Assembly (NCBI RefSeq): GCF_001194135.2
Contig: NC_068984.1
Location: forward strand, 92,349,130-92,383,207
Direction of reading: 5' to 3'
DNA from: Octopus bimaculoides
Taxonomy: Eukaryota
DNA: 34,078 bases
Below the pieces are notes generated by a model. That model worked only from the letters and a program-made list of their open reading frames with translations. It made no database searches and was not told the origin of the DNA. The position numbers were made by a program, and so were the translations under genes. Shown one piece after another: positions 1 to 11,815 of the stretch (position 1 is its first letter; each line of letters begins with the position of its first letter).

Positions 1-1
1 A

Positions 2-32
<31 letters not shown>

Positions 33-369
33 GAGAGAGAGATATTACCCGGCGTTTACTCATGCCAACAACGCAACTAACCTGAATTTACAGGCTAAGA
101 AAATTATGGAGAAATGTAGATTAGAGGAAAATATTGAACCATACCTGCCTAGAACCCCCAGAATTAGCCTCACTCACATACTCATTTATTTTTACTTGTT
201 TCAATTTAATTTAATTTAATTTAATCTAGCTTGAATGTTATTTTGCTCTTCTACTTGCCCACAGTGACCACGGTTTTTTATTCATTAATTTATTTATTTA
301 CTTATTCATTTATCTGATTTGTTTTTGTTTTATCTGTTAACCATCAACGAACCGGAACCGCGTCATAGT

Positions 370-1060
370 CTTCAAAAACATAGCTGACCAATTAGGTTGC
401 AGAACTGACCATAACCCCTACCCCACTGCACACAAGGATTCGGGGACTTGTTGATCGAAAAAATAACGAACACCAACAACGTACTTTGGTCACCACCTGG
501 TGTCATAATCTCTTTAGTACCAGCTGGCATCCTACATATAAATTTCCACCACCGAAACACGGACCATACTTTCAAACCCACCACTGTAAGCATAACGTGT
601 ATGTAAACAAAATAAGAACCACTGCCTGAATTCACTCTTCCTAAAAAAATTCCTCCTTAGAAAAACTGTATCCATCTATCCACCACTAGACAAAATAACA
701 TGAATCTCGGAAGGCAATACTTGAAGTCTATGACTTATTTCGCTTTCTTATAACTAATCCATTTTACTAAATTTTACTCCTCTTACACTCTAACTTTTGC
801 TCTTATTCTTCTCATGCCCTCTTCAATAAGAAAAATATACTGTATCTATTGGTAACTGACTCTTGTATGTATCGGCTCTCCTAACCATTTAGTCCCTCTG
901 AAGAAGCCTAGAGGCACACTCAACATCCAAACTCTATCTACCCATCCCTACAGAACACTGAAGAGATGGAGGTAGCATGGAGGATATCGTGGCCTCTTGG
1001 CAGAAACGGCCGTAAGGAACTGATCTTTTAATCTTTTAATCTTTTATGTATTACTGGTAC
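370..1060 (+). mobile_element. Decayed Penelope-like retroelement 3' region
   Basis: Broken frames give RTLVTTWCHNL and RTILSNPPL*A*RV, reminiscent of the PLE RT-to-endonuclease linker. An AT-rich UTR follows, then a hammerhead at 891-1021 and a short (TCTTTTAA)n tail. Protein similarity is weak. Confidence 0.5.
891..1021 (+). ncRNA. Type I hammerhead ribozyme motif with elongated stem II
   Basis: Stem I AGTCCCT (891-897)/AGGAACT (1015-1021), 6 of 7 pairs. Core CTGAAGA 898-904. Stem II base GCCTAGAGG/CCTCTTGGC. GAAA 1003-1006. Palindromic stem III ACGGCCGT and a GUA triplet at 1012-1014. Confidence 0.7.
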
Positions 1061-1581
1061 ATATTACTGTAGCACACCGTCTTTGCATGTGTATGTATTC
1101 TTATAATACTTCCTTATGTTTTAAAATGAATAGACATAATAAAATTGTACCGGCTTATATATGTCATCTTTGTATCCCCTCCATTTTTTTGCGGTATAAA
1201 TTAAGGGTAAACCACTTTTTACCCCCACCTACGTATAACTCTCGATTGCGAAATTGCCATACAATAACTAGCACTTGGGTACTATTAATTTGGTACATGA
1301 CCAGCAGTATATTAGATAGATACTCTCCCTTAGTTGGTTGACTTCCCAACCTCTAACTGTCACGGAAATATATATATATATATATATATATATANNNNNN
1401 NNNNNNNNNNNNNNNNNNNNNNNNNNNNNNNNNNNNNNNNNNNNNNNNNNNNNNNNNNNNNNNNNNNNNNNNNNNNNNNNNNNNNNNNNNNNNNNNNNNN
1501 NNNNNNNNNNNNNNNNNNNNNNNNNNNNNNNNNNNNNNNNNNNNNNNNNNNNNNNNNNNNNNNNNNNNNNNNNNNNNNNNN

Positions 1582-1631
<50 letters not shown>
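1582..1631. repeat. (AG)n microsatellite at gap edge
   Basis: Direct reading. Confidence 0.98.
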
Positions 1632-1635
<4 letters not shown>

Positions 1636-1765
1636 ATCAGCAGTTAGCTGGTACTCATTTCAGCAGAGTAGAATGGCGAAACAGAACGATGTTACTTGCT
1701 TTGAACCCACGACATTATAATCGTGAACCCAACGATCCATTAGGTTACACATCTTCACACTATGC
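1630..1765 (-). mobile_element. Degenerate tRNA-derived SINE fragment
   Basis: Minus strand has A/B-box-like TAACCTAATGG and GGGTTCAAAG, followed by GCTGAAATGAGTACCAG, resembling the element at 13541-13868. Confidence 0.4.
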
Positions 1766-2063
1766 GTATGTAGATAGCCTATGAGTATTTACATAAATGT
1801 GTATGTGTGTGTGTGTGTGTGCATGTCATTGTATGTGTGTGTGTGTGTGTGTGTGCGTGCGTGTGTGTGTATATATACACACACGCAGTCTAATTGTATT
1901 TATCAGCCGCACTACTTCCTCATCAGTTCGCATGGGGTTTCCCTGGGAGTCGCTCTTGACGCCTTTCTAGATGAAAAGTTCGGAATCTAAGTTCAAATTC
2001 AATTGAGCACCACTACTTATTTTCTATATTGAGCATACCTAGCTCTAATGTATTGTCTATTGT

Positions 2064-2333
2064 CACTGAATGTATAGATGCAAAGATGTGGCTAGGCGTA
2101 TCAGCTGAATATACAGGCATTGATGTAGCGGGTATTTTAAATCTAGTCTTAGGTGAACGTAGCTGAAGAAGACTAACCAGATTTATGATAACAAACGTAT
2201 TCTGGAAAGTCCGAAACTGGAGTACTAGGTTTTCCATTCTAGGTTGTCCATTTCTCCGGCGTTCTTCATAGAGGTAAGACGAAAAATTTTATATTCGCCT
2301 CCCGCACACATCTTTGCCTCTATACATTCAGTG
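2064..2333. repeat. 27-bp inverted repeat (2064-2090 / 2307-2333, one mismatch) flanking a hammerhead; probable Penelope pLTR remnant
   Basis: CACTGAATGTATAGATGCAAAGATGTG versus CACATCTTTGCCTCTATACATTCAGTG. Confidence 0.8.
2158..2229 (+). ncRNA. Type I hammerhead ribozyme motif
   Basis: Stem I CGTAG/CTAGG (4 of 5 pairs). Core CTGAAGA 2163-2169. Stem II GAC..CCAGA/TCTGG..GTC. GAAA 2213-2216. Stem III ACTGGAGT and a GUA triplet at 2222-2224. Confidence 0.65.
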
Positions 2334-2504
2334 AAGCTTTACATAGCGTCGTACGGTTATCGAGTGCTATTTCCGGTAAACATTCGTGACTTGTTGTGCC
2401 ACTATTTCCTATTTATAATTCTACCTTTAGAATTTCGCTGAAAAATAATACTATTGTATTGTAATAATAAATAATATATATCGAATATATATATGTAAAA
2501 CAAC

Positions 2505-2732
2505 AACAATAATAATAATCCTTTCTATTAAAGGCACAAGGCCTGAAATTTTAGAGGAGGGACTAGCGATTACATTGACCCCAGTGATTCACTGGTACCT
2601 AATTTATCGATCCCGAAAGGGATGAAAGGCAAAGTCAACCTCGGCAGAATTTGAAATCAGAACGTAAAGACGAACGAAATGTCGCTAAGCATTTTTCTCC
2701 GCGTGCTAACGATTCTGCCAGTTCGCCGCCTT
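2505..2732 (-). mobile_element. tRNA-derived SINE, family A (Meta/MESC-like central domain), full length
   Basis: Minus strand: head AAGGCGGCGAACTGGCAGAATCGTTAGC, B-box-like TTTCAAATTC, core GACTTTGCCTTTCATCCCTTTCGGGATCGATAAATTAGGTACCAG, and an (ATT)n tail. The domain name is from memory and should be verified. Confidence 0.85.
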
Positions 2733-2748
2733 AAAAATAATAATGATA

Positions 2749-2780
<32 letters not shown>

Positions 2781-2844
2781 GATGATGAACTCTCCTGTCG
2801 AAGACTATGTATGAGCGTTCAGCTTTTTGCCGAACGACCTGCAC

Positions 2845-3048
2845 AAATACAAGTGTTGTACATTAACTCATTCTGTCCTCAAATCTTCATGAAACAGGTA
2901 TACGGTGTACCACGTGCCAGGTGTCGGATCGCAGAATAACGTAAGATGAATTGTTTTGCTCAAGAACGCACCGCACCAACCGGTCTAGGAATTGAAACCA
3001 CGATCTCACGATCGTGAGTGCAGCATCCTAACCACTAGGCCAAGGGTA
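2845..3048 (-). mobile_element. tRNA-derived SINE, family C (CORE-like)
   Basis: Minus-strand head TGGCCTAGTGGTTAGG, CTCACGATCGTGAG, GGTTTCAATTCC, then TTCTTGAGCAAAACA; homologous to 13541-13868. Confidence 0.75.
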
Positions 3049-3366
3049 CTCATAAATTTCTAAACAAAAATTTATTCGCAGCAAGCACATAGCACACATT
3101 CATAACTCGTGTGCGCTCACACACCGCTTGCGCGCGCGCGGACATGGTCGCAATGTTTACAAAATATAATTTTTCATTAATACTCGCACAAGATTCTAAG
3201 CTCCCGCAGACATCTATACATAGGCACACAGACACACACACACAAGCATACATACACTCACACAAAAACACATACACACATATTCATTCACCCTGGATAC
3301 ACAGACACAGTTTTGTAAATGAAAATTTACAACCCTTGTGATGTGATACGAACCTTGTATCTATTA

Positions 3367-3621
<255 letters not shown>

Positions 3622-5103
3622 TTATCGTCATTAATTCTCCGATTTCTTTGATACGTGACTAAATGACCGCGACAGATGGAATAGACTCCAGTTTATAATG
3701 GTACATATTTCATCGTCTCTTGAGAGAATAAAAAGAAACTAAAATGTTAAGTCTGCTTGAATATTTATTTAGAAAAAGCTCATTATTAGTCTCTTGCATC
3801 TTTCAGTATATCGCTCTTCTCTATAGTAACGAATATTGATTTCTTACATAAGAACAATATCAATCTGTGTATCAAATCAAGATTACGGTTGTTTGTTTTA
3901 CTGGGGGATGAGATTTAAATTGGGTATCATGAGATTACAACTCAATATTGTAATAGTTAAGTTAGTGTCATCATATTTAACGCAGTGAATATCAAATATT
4001 TTATTAGAAATACTTATGAGTGGAAAAAAAACGTAATAACTGATTATTTAAAAGACCATCTAAGAAAAGCGTTGACTTTACCATACTAACTGAGGTAGTG
4101 ATGGGTCAATCACTAATTGTACACGAGTAGATGTGGTAATTTAGAATTTTTTTTAATCATTGATGCTCATTGCATTAAACTATTAACTTAACTATCATTC
4201 TTTTATACAGATGGTACCTCTCAGTAATTAACCTCAATAATGTGATGTTGGTTTTTTTTGTTTGTTTTAATATCGTAGAGCTTATAGTCTGATGCTTTGC
4301 TGCTTCAGCCAGCTTTACTATTTCAAATGTAAAATTTTGGAAAGTAAAATTTGAGATGATTGAGTAAAGCGGTTGAATTAACATAAGTGTATTACTTGTA
4401 CTTAGTTTTTCGAACCAAAACGATGAAAGAAACTTTTAAATAATATGCTTAAGAAAGAAAAGCTGGTACTTGCGGGCTCGTTAGCTACAGAATGAATGTT
4501 AATATAAGGAAAAAATGTATTTATCAATGAAAATTTTCCCAATAGAGTGAATTTTACTGTCAAAGATTTATTATATAAAATGCATAATTAGGAAAATAAA
4601 GATTTCTTCTATCGCCTTTTTAACACTTGAATATTATTTTTAAACACATATTATTTATTTTAGTGGACTATGCAAGTTATAGTGACTAACGTGACGTAGA
4701 AATTCTACTTCGTAACTGTTCTTGACTCTATTTTGATGGATAAATTTATAGATCATGACAATATTATTTCATTATGTTAAAGATTTAGATTGTTTTTTAT
4801 GAGTTTATTGAAAGAAGTTTGCTTTTTATGAGTTTATTGAAAGGGTAATCAAACTCGAACGTCATGACAAGCAGATGTTTTAGTTATTACTGCAAAAGCG
4901 GTGGACTGGTGAAATCATTAGGGTCTCAAAAGAAACTACATTACCGTATTTTCTTTTTTTATGTTCTAACTTCAAACTCCGCTGAGGTTAATTGACTCAC
5001 CCTCTAACCCTAAGAATGTGTTGGCTTTGTACCACAATCTGAAACAGTTATTATTAGTAGTAGCGTTGTTGTAAAAGGCCTTGCATTATTTTAGCCATCA
5101 CTT

Positions 5104-5192
5104 TATTGAAATCCCGCTGAGATCAGCTTTGTCTTTCATCCTTTCGGATGCTGGATCGAGTTAATCGACTAAACCTCTCCCCCAAATTTCTG
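5104..5192 (+). mobile_element. SINE family A internal fragment
   Basis: TTGAAATCCCGCTGAG, CTTTGTCTTTCATCCTTTCGG and TAATCGACTAAACCTCTCCCCCAAATTT match family A with a deletion. Confidence 0.65.
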
Positions 5193-5859
5193 TCTGTTTA
5201 TTTCACAAATCATTATTGGTGTTAATTTGTCACTGCTTCCAACACTATATATGAAAATAATGTAAGGGTTAAACCAAAAATTATAAATTAAGGAGAAAAA
5301 ATTGTTTAGATCTGACCATTAGACTGATAAAAGTCGGAGGCTCAGTGGTTTTAGATGATTTTCGTAGAGTTAAAAAGAGCATCCACAAAATAGGCCACTT
5401 TTAAGTCAGCTGACAAATCAGAGCTCCTCCAGTTCTATGCTAACTATCCCTAGCAGAATATGTTATTCACTCCTGACCAATCAGAAACCGTTGGGTGGGA
5501 CGGAAAGTATTCTTTTAAAGCATGTTTCTCTGCATCTCACATAACTAAGTTATTCGTAACTGCGCCGCAGGAGCCCGCGAAAAATACCTTTGCGCATCAC
5601 ACCACCCGCAAGTTTTCACAACTCCCAAACAAAGGGATCTCTTTCAATTTTGCGGAATTGCTTTCGCCTGATTTTTCAAACATGATGGCCCTGCGAGTAG
5701 TACTTCTACGGTCAACAACATCACATTTGTTGTAACTTTGCATTGAATTTTGCCTTGAATACACAAGATTAATCTTTCCACTTATCCAGGTTCACCACAA
5801 CGTATACAGTTGCTTTAAACCAACATGGCCACTGGCCCTGAAACATGTCTCATCCACTA

Positions 5860-6560
5860 CCCTCGTACAATGTGTTTCAGAACTATTCTTACAAAACTTC
5901 AATATTTCTCTTCTCTACAGGAATATATTCAAAGCTTTAGAATCACGCTATAGTGTATTCTATTCTCAAGAATGGTAGAACTTCCAACACGGCCACCTAT
6001 CATCCTATCGCACGCGTTCCCCGTATCTCAAGGTGATGAGGACAACCATTAACTATAAACTTCTTCAACGCCTTGAATATTCTCCCTTACTCAGTTCGGC
6101 TTTAGCAAAGCCAGATTACTAGAAACCTACTCTCTTACGTTACTTACCAGTGAGATTTGCAGTATTTTACCTGGCACTCCAAATATTTGGAGAAAACAGT
6201 AGTTGCACACGACATTAGTAAAGCATTTGTTTGTGTCTGGCATGTGAATCTCCAAATAAAATTGCTTTCTTGTCGGCTCCATCTATCTCTCGTGTATTGT
6301 ATTGGTATCTTTCTATCAGATTGTAGCCTTGTGACATGTGTTGATGGAGCTGTTTTTTATCCATATTCTATGAACCTTTGAAAGACCAACAGTTCTGTTA
6401 TATCTCCCCCACACTTCTTCCAATACGTCAGAGACCTATCATATCCAATAGCACCTACTCTTACGCAGATAATACCACCTTCCACTCTTTCTTAATTTTC
6501 CGTATCCAAGGGTCATGATACCTTGCGCCAAAGCTACACTGTCTTCAAGAGCACTAGATA
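5860..6560 (+). pseudogene. Decayed CR1/L2-group LINE reverse transcriptase
   Basis: RT motifs occur in order across broken frames: KNGRTSNTATYHPIA, VVAHDISKAFVCVWH, IFLSDCSLVTCVDG, SSVISPPHFFQYVRDL and YSYADNTTFH (degenerate YADD). Confidence 0.85.
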
Positions 6561-6738
6561 GCTTTATAACCAATAAAAAAGTGATTCCTCTATGTAAACG
6601 ACAATTGTCTTTATAAAATTAAAATTTATTATGAACCTAAGAATTATTTATTTATGTGACTGGATAACCGTTTGCAATACTTGCAAGAAAAAGATTTAAA
6701 TCTATGCAGTATTGATTCTATTAATAGATAAGCGTAAG

Positions 6739-7032
6739 GAGGCGAGCTGATAGAAACGTTAGCCCGTTAAGTACCACTTGCGTACTGGAGTCGATCTAAT
6801 CGACTGGCTTCCTCCCACAAAATTTTGGGCCTTGTGCCCAGAGTAGGAAGGAATCGTTAGCACGCCGGGTGAAATGCTTAGCGGTATTTCATCTGCCGCT
6901 ACATTCTAAGTTCAAATTCCGCAGAGGTCGACTTTACCTTTCATTCTGTCGGGGACGATTAAACAAGTACCAGTTATGCACTGGGGTAATCCATTCCCCC
7001 AAATTTGAGGCCTTGTGCTTCCAGTAGAAAGA
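6739..7032 (+). mobile_element. SINE family A, rearranged dimer with a 19-bp target-site duplication
   Basis: A head plus 3' part (about 6739-6850) is followed by a second, near-complete unit. ATTAATAGATAAGCGTAAG flanks both sides (6720-6738 and 7033-7051). Confidence 0.85.
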
Positions 7033-7051
7033 ATTAATAGATAAGCGTAAG

Positions 7052-7178
7052 CTATACAGCATAGTTAAGAAGTTCGCTTCATAACCACGTGTTTCCAGTT
7101 CCATTCTACAGAGCACTACATTTGGGAAGGCTTATCATGTATACGTGTGTTTGTGTATGCATATTTATGTGTGTGCGC

Positions 7179-7222
<44 letters not shown>

Positions 7223-7375
7223 ATGTGCGTGCGCGCACATTATGTGGTGTTTATGTTCCATAACTTAGCGATTCCGCATATAGAAATCAGTGAAACATGT
7301 ACTAGTGTAGGTATGATTGACTAAAATCCCTGGAAAGCGATACCGAAACAATTGTATTCCCGTGACTGAAGAAAA
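7052..7375 (+). mobile_element. SINE family B, degenerate, with internal (GT)n
   Basis: GTTAAGAAGTTCGCTTCATAACCACG head and GGTGTTTATGTTCCATAACTTAGCG 3' part; homologous to 17489-17751. Confidence 0.6.
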
Positions 7376-8200
7376 AGATTTTAAAAAAGAAGAGAAATAA
7401 GTACTTTAATTAGATAGCTCCCGATTAGACACAGTGCATCAATAGTTAAGTTTGGCAGACAGGTTTAAAAACTTCCTCTTTTTTTTGCATTTTCTAATGT
7501 TCCACAACGTTTTAACTACTTAAATTTCTTTATATTTATTTATTTTAATTACATAGAAGTTTTCCATTTTTTCAAACCCCAAGATCGAGGAGCAGTCCTC
7601 ATAGATTTTACAGGAATTCTTAGATAGGTAAGATTGAGGCAGATAATGTTTAATTAAAGCATTTTGATTCTTGAATGTAAAACGTGAAGAAAATCAAGTT
7701 CCAGACGAGATGGCAGAAGAAGTGGATGCATCAGATAAGTATACACCTTGGTAGTTTGCGGTGCAGTAACCATTTTAGTAACGGTTGTTGCTCATTGACG
7801 CGTTGCTCTCAACATTGTTTTGTTTACAAACATTTTAAAGAAATTGATACGTGTAAAATTCAATTTTAACATCCACTACAGGAAAGTTACCAAGTACATC
7901 TTAAATCTAGGATGAGTCTACTTTTCAAACAAGTTGGTAAACTAAAATTACATATTCATTCACATAGATTGATGTTGTTCGACAATAGGTGGCAGTCACA
8001 TAATGACCGCAATGATTACTGATAATTTCGTTTATTTTCTGGGACACAAAGTTTTAAAAGCATTGTTTAGTAGAAGTGAGCTATTTACTAATTAATAGTT
8101 TTTGAAAACCTAAGAGTGTCATTGCTTAAAATTACATTAATGATAAACTGTTAAAAATAACTTTATCTCAGATGAAATTATTCAAAATCAAGTTGCTTAC

Positions 8201-8308
8201 CTTGAATAAACTCGAAAGGTAAAACCCACCAAGGGCTACTGAGTAATGAAATATACAGAAACCGAATGATGTTGCCAAGTAGCCCAGCATAAAGAACTTT
8301 CACGTGAC
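8201..8308 (-). CDS. MFSD6: Upstream internal coding exon (108 nt, phase 1 to phase 1) of the same MFSD6-like gene
   Basis: Reads (G)HVKVLYAGLLGNIIRFLYISLLSSPWWVLPFEFIQ(G), matching MFSD6 GHIRVLYIGL...WTVLPMEVLQG. Acceptor TTTGCAG ends at 8309 and donor GTAAG lies at 8196-8200. It splices in frame to 3384-3545 across a 4655-nt intron. Confidence 0.9.
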
Positions 8309-10337
8309 CTGCAAATAAATTAATTTTATTATTTATTATCAATCGAATATTAGATAATGCTTTTAACATAGGCACAAAACAAAACCACATATTTTACTGG
8401 AAGGGTATTGTCGAATGATATCAACCTCACGATTTGAATCGTACTTCAACCCGTCACGATTAAATCGAAATGTAAATAAACACATTTCAGCTGGCACTCT
8501 ACGATTCCTTTGGATGAATCTGAGTATATCATCATCGAAACACTGAAAACGTCGCACGACATAATTGTTTGTATTCACCACCATCGCGCCATAGAAATCA
8601 AAGAGGTGAGATGTCAAGGAATGAATCTAACACAAGACAATTACACCACTCATTATCGAAAACTCTGTAGACGTTACAGCATAATGATTGAGTAGGCAAT
8701 AGCCGCGTCAACCTGAACAACTCGTACTGGGTGTAAGCAGCACAGAAAATCGGCGGAAACTGTCCATTCCAAGAGAAAATGAAAATGCAAACGTTTCAGT
8801 TCGAAAAGATGCTGTCAGACAGACGAATGATGTAAACATCACCTCCATCCATTCTCTCAGTGATGGCTCTTTCACCGCCATTTTTTAGTGAGATCGGCTA
8901 CCCGTCCTATAACTTTTTCTTAGTTCTTCTCCCCTAAGCACCTTGTGTTCCCCAAGTTTGGCATGGGTCACTTCGATTTCTGTCTACCTGGCCCCATTAC
9001 AGCAAAGTCATCAATTAGCGAGAAGTTAACCAATCAAAACATCCAGCAAGTGGTAAAAAAATAAAGTGATGAACGATGACATCATTGAGAGACTGAATGC
9101 ATAATACTAAACAGTCCCAATATGTGAACGTTTACTCTGACCTCTAAGTAAATCCAACTCTATAATGGAACGATCCGGACTTTGAACACGAGAGTGGAAA
9201 CGACTGCGCCTAGGATGGCTACCATGTAGCTATAATTAACCTAATAACATGCTTTGGATTGATCTAAATCGATGAACTTCCATCTAAAGCTAGATTTAAC
9301 TCAAATCTCTCTACAGCATAAAATATGTAGTTGAAGTTTTCCTTGAAAAATTATAGGAATGTCATAGGTTTGTGCAGCTCCGACAATACATGTGATAAAA
9401 ATGTTGCTTTCTATGTTAGCATCTTATCTAAAATCTTTAACCTTTTTTTTTTTTTTTTTTTACAAAATTCAATCAGATACGAAAATTATCAACAATGCTC
9501 CGTATGCCTGTATCTTTTTATCAGCAGCGCTTGCACCACTGAAAATTTTCTCAGTTTACTTTCAGCTGATATACACTTCTATCAAGACAGAGGTAAACAA
9601 GTTTTCTTCAAGTTTTCTCACATAATCAGTCGATACTTCTCGTACATCAGATACCATTATCAGTTTTTGTCGCCATTTTACATCTTCTGCTGAACGATGA
9701 GACAAACATTCAAGGTAAGCTTTGGAGTCCACTATTTCTAGTCTGCCGCTCGCCTCAAGCAGTTCGGTATGAGTGGCTAAGTGGGTAGATATTAATTAGT
9801 TGGAAAGATTGTTGAAAAGGTATCATAGCCAACTTAGTATCAGCGAGAACGGTTTTTGAAAGTTTTCGGATGAATTCAGCTATCGTACGTCCGTCGTGGT
9901 GACATAACCACGATAGAGTCTTTGACGGACACACTGATGTCAACAATAAAATGAATGCTACGTAAGGGGGAGGTCGATTATGATATTCTGCTTGTTCCTG
10001 CGTTCCTGCTTGTTTCATCCGTGTGTTATGCTTACGTCATCAAGGGAAGTTATAACTCGAACGTTGAAGTATATAGATAGAGGGGAGGAAGGGAAGAGAG
10101 GAAGACAAAGGAATAAATGAAGCGGTAATAGTTGAACCAGTGAAATAAAAAAAGGAAAACAGGAGAGAGAAAGAGTGAGAGAGAGAGAGAGAGAAAAGGT
10201 CTGTATTATTAGAGAGAGTGAGAGGAAGGGAGATGGCCTATATCATTCTGCATTTGTGTGTTAAAAATGTAGGCGCAATTGAAATGTTTGACACAATGAA
10301 ACAGTGTTATGAAGATCTATAAATTTACGCTTTCAAA

Positions 10338-10405
10338 CAGGGATGGGGAAACTTTTTAATGCGGTGGACAAAAATTTTCAAAGAAAGAGGTCCGCGGGTG
10401 GATCA
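10338..10405 (+). mobile_element. Possible hAT-Charlie-type DNA transposon terminus
   Basis: CAGGGATGGGGAAACTTTTT followed by GGTCCGCGGGTGGATC resembles hAT-Charlie ends. No convincing partner TIR or 8-bp TSD was found. Confidence 0.35.
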
Positions 10406-11140
10406 CAAGTTCTAACTCTTATACCTGAGTAGACCTTGTAGATATCTATGTATAATTCGATATACATTAATAAAGATAGATTTAACACATTAAATTAAAG
10501 CGTAACATCTTCATTAACACCACCACTGAATTTAGGACTTTTATATTACTTATGAGTTATTCTCTACTTTTCAACTAAAGTGTACTTGAGTCTCAAGGGG
10601 GTGGTAAAAACCTAGCTGTATGTGTGTAAAAACTAACACTTCCTTTTTCCGAGCTGAGATTCGAAACCGAATCTAAGGGCTTTCACTCGTTTGATCCAGC
10701 ATTGACCAAACAGGCGCGAAAGAAATTTCTTTGTCCTGTCAAAAAGTGATGGATAGATTTCCCTTCGACCTCCAGCCTGAGCTGTGTCATTTAAAGTTCA
10801 TGTGGACAGGAGGCGACCTACATATGTAGAAATTACTCCTGTGGTATGTCTGTCCTTCTAGCTGTCATGACCATTATAAATGCAGTGAGATAGCCATCAC
10901 CAGGTGAACTGTCAAGAGACAAGCAGACAGCTAGCAGTTAACTTGCACCAGTCAAGCAGCCAACATAGAACCGCATATCTAGCATGAACGACCCAACACA
11001 GTAGCACTCGCAGAACATAAACAGACACGACCGAATGACCAACGCACACACAGACACAAAACATGCCGGTTCTACCTCATCACATCGACACAGTATTTCC
11101 CGTTTATTTTCTTCTTCGCCAACTCGAAACAAGTTGGTAA

Positions 11141-11299
11141 TGTCATGTAGCGGATTTCCTTGTGTCTAATGCAAATGTCAATTAAATGATTTATTTAAAC
11201 CACAATCCAATGCTTTCCCATTGTTTTACTTTGATGTCGTCCACATGCCTATTTCATCTGCTACCTCAAAGACAGCTTTTGATACACAATCCCACTACA
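11141..11299 (+). mobile_element. 5' LTR of a Gypsy retrotransposon
   Basis: Starts TGTCATGTAGCGG (true start 11141 or 11146) and ends CCCACTACA. It is a direct repeat of 12729-12894 and is followed after 2 nt by a PBS. Confidence 0.85.
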
Positions 11300-11301
11300 T
11301 T

Positions 11302-11315
11302 TGGTGACCCCGACG
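11302..11315 (+). promoter_or_regulatory. Primer-binding site
   Basis: TGGTGACCCCGACG immediately after the LTR-terminal CA. It begins with TGG (complement of tRNA CCA) and is consistent with tRNA-Trp priming. Confidence 0.8.
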
Positions 11316-11319
11316 AAGA

Positions 11320-11815
11320 ATGACAGCCTTCACATCACACATTACTAAATCAGAACTGGAAAATTGCTGCGATTAATCGTCACACAATGGCTCTACAAGA
11401 ACACAACCCAGTGACGAACGCATCCATAGTCGACATGGCATTCCCGGCTGCGATTGTGCTGAGGATCCCACCATTTTGGACGCATTATGGTTTCACCATA
11501 TCGAGACCCAGTTTTCATCCAACCGAATAGTTAGCGATGCGTCTCGCCTTACGCACGTGATAGGTTCCCTATCACCAGACATCATCAACGTGGTCTGAGA
11601 TCTCGTTATTGCATCACCCGGTTCTGTGTCATACGATACGTTCAAGACCACCCTGATCAACAGGACTTCAGAGTCCCAACAAAAGTGACTCCACCAGCTC
11701 CTTACATCTGAGAATTGGGAGAAAGAACGCCTTCCCAGCTTCTACGAAGAATGAAGCAGCTTCTTGGAGATGAGATCCTCCCCGAAAAGATTTTAAGCAA
11801 CTTTTTCTCCAGCGT
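11320..11815 (+). pseudogene. Gypsy gag remnant (frameshifts and stops; runs into gap)
   Basis: LRIPPFW / WFHHIETQFSSNRIVSDASRLTHVIGSL / SYDTFKTTLINRTSESQQ / LGERTPSQLLRRMKQLLG are typical Ty3/Gypsy capsid motifs. Confidence 0.85.

Noticed and set aside
958-1021. Hammerhead using the second CTGAAGA
   Set aside because: It has no stem I partner and poor stem II closure; the 898 core explains all pairings.
1915-1930. Minus-strand CTGATGAG
   Set aside because: No downstream stem II or GAAA.
8363-8617. 84-aa minus ORF with FDDDIL, superficially RT-like
   Set aside because: No other RT or transposase motif and no splice-compatible link to MFSD6, so I cannot assign it.
9640-9722. YY1-like GTCGCCATTTT and a plus-strand AG/GTAAGC donor suggesting a nested first exon
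   Set aside because: Short motifs are expected by chance in 34 kb, and there is no supporting ORF or acceptor.
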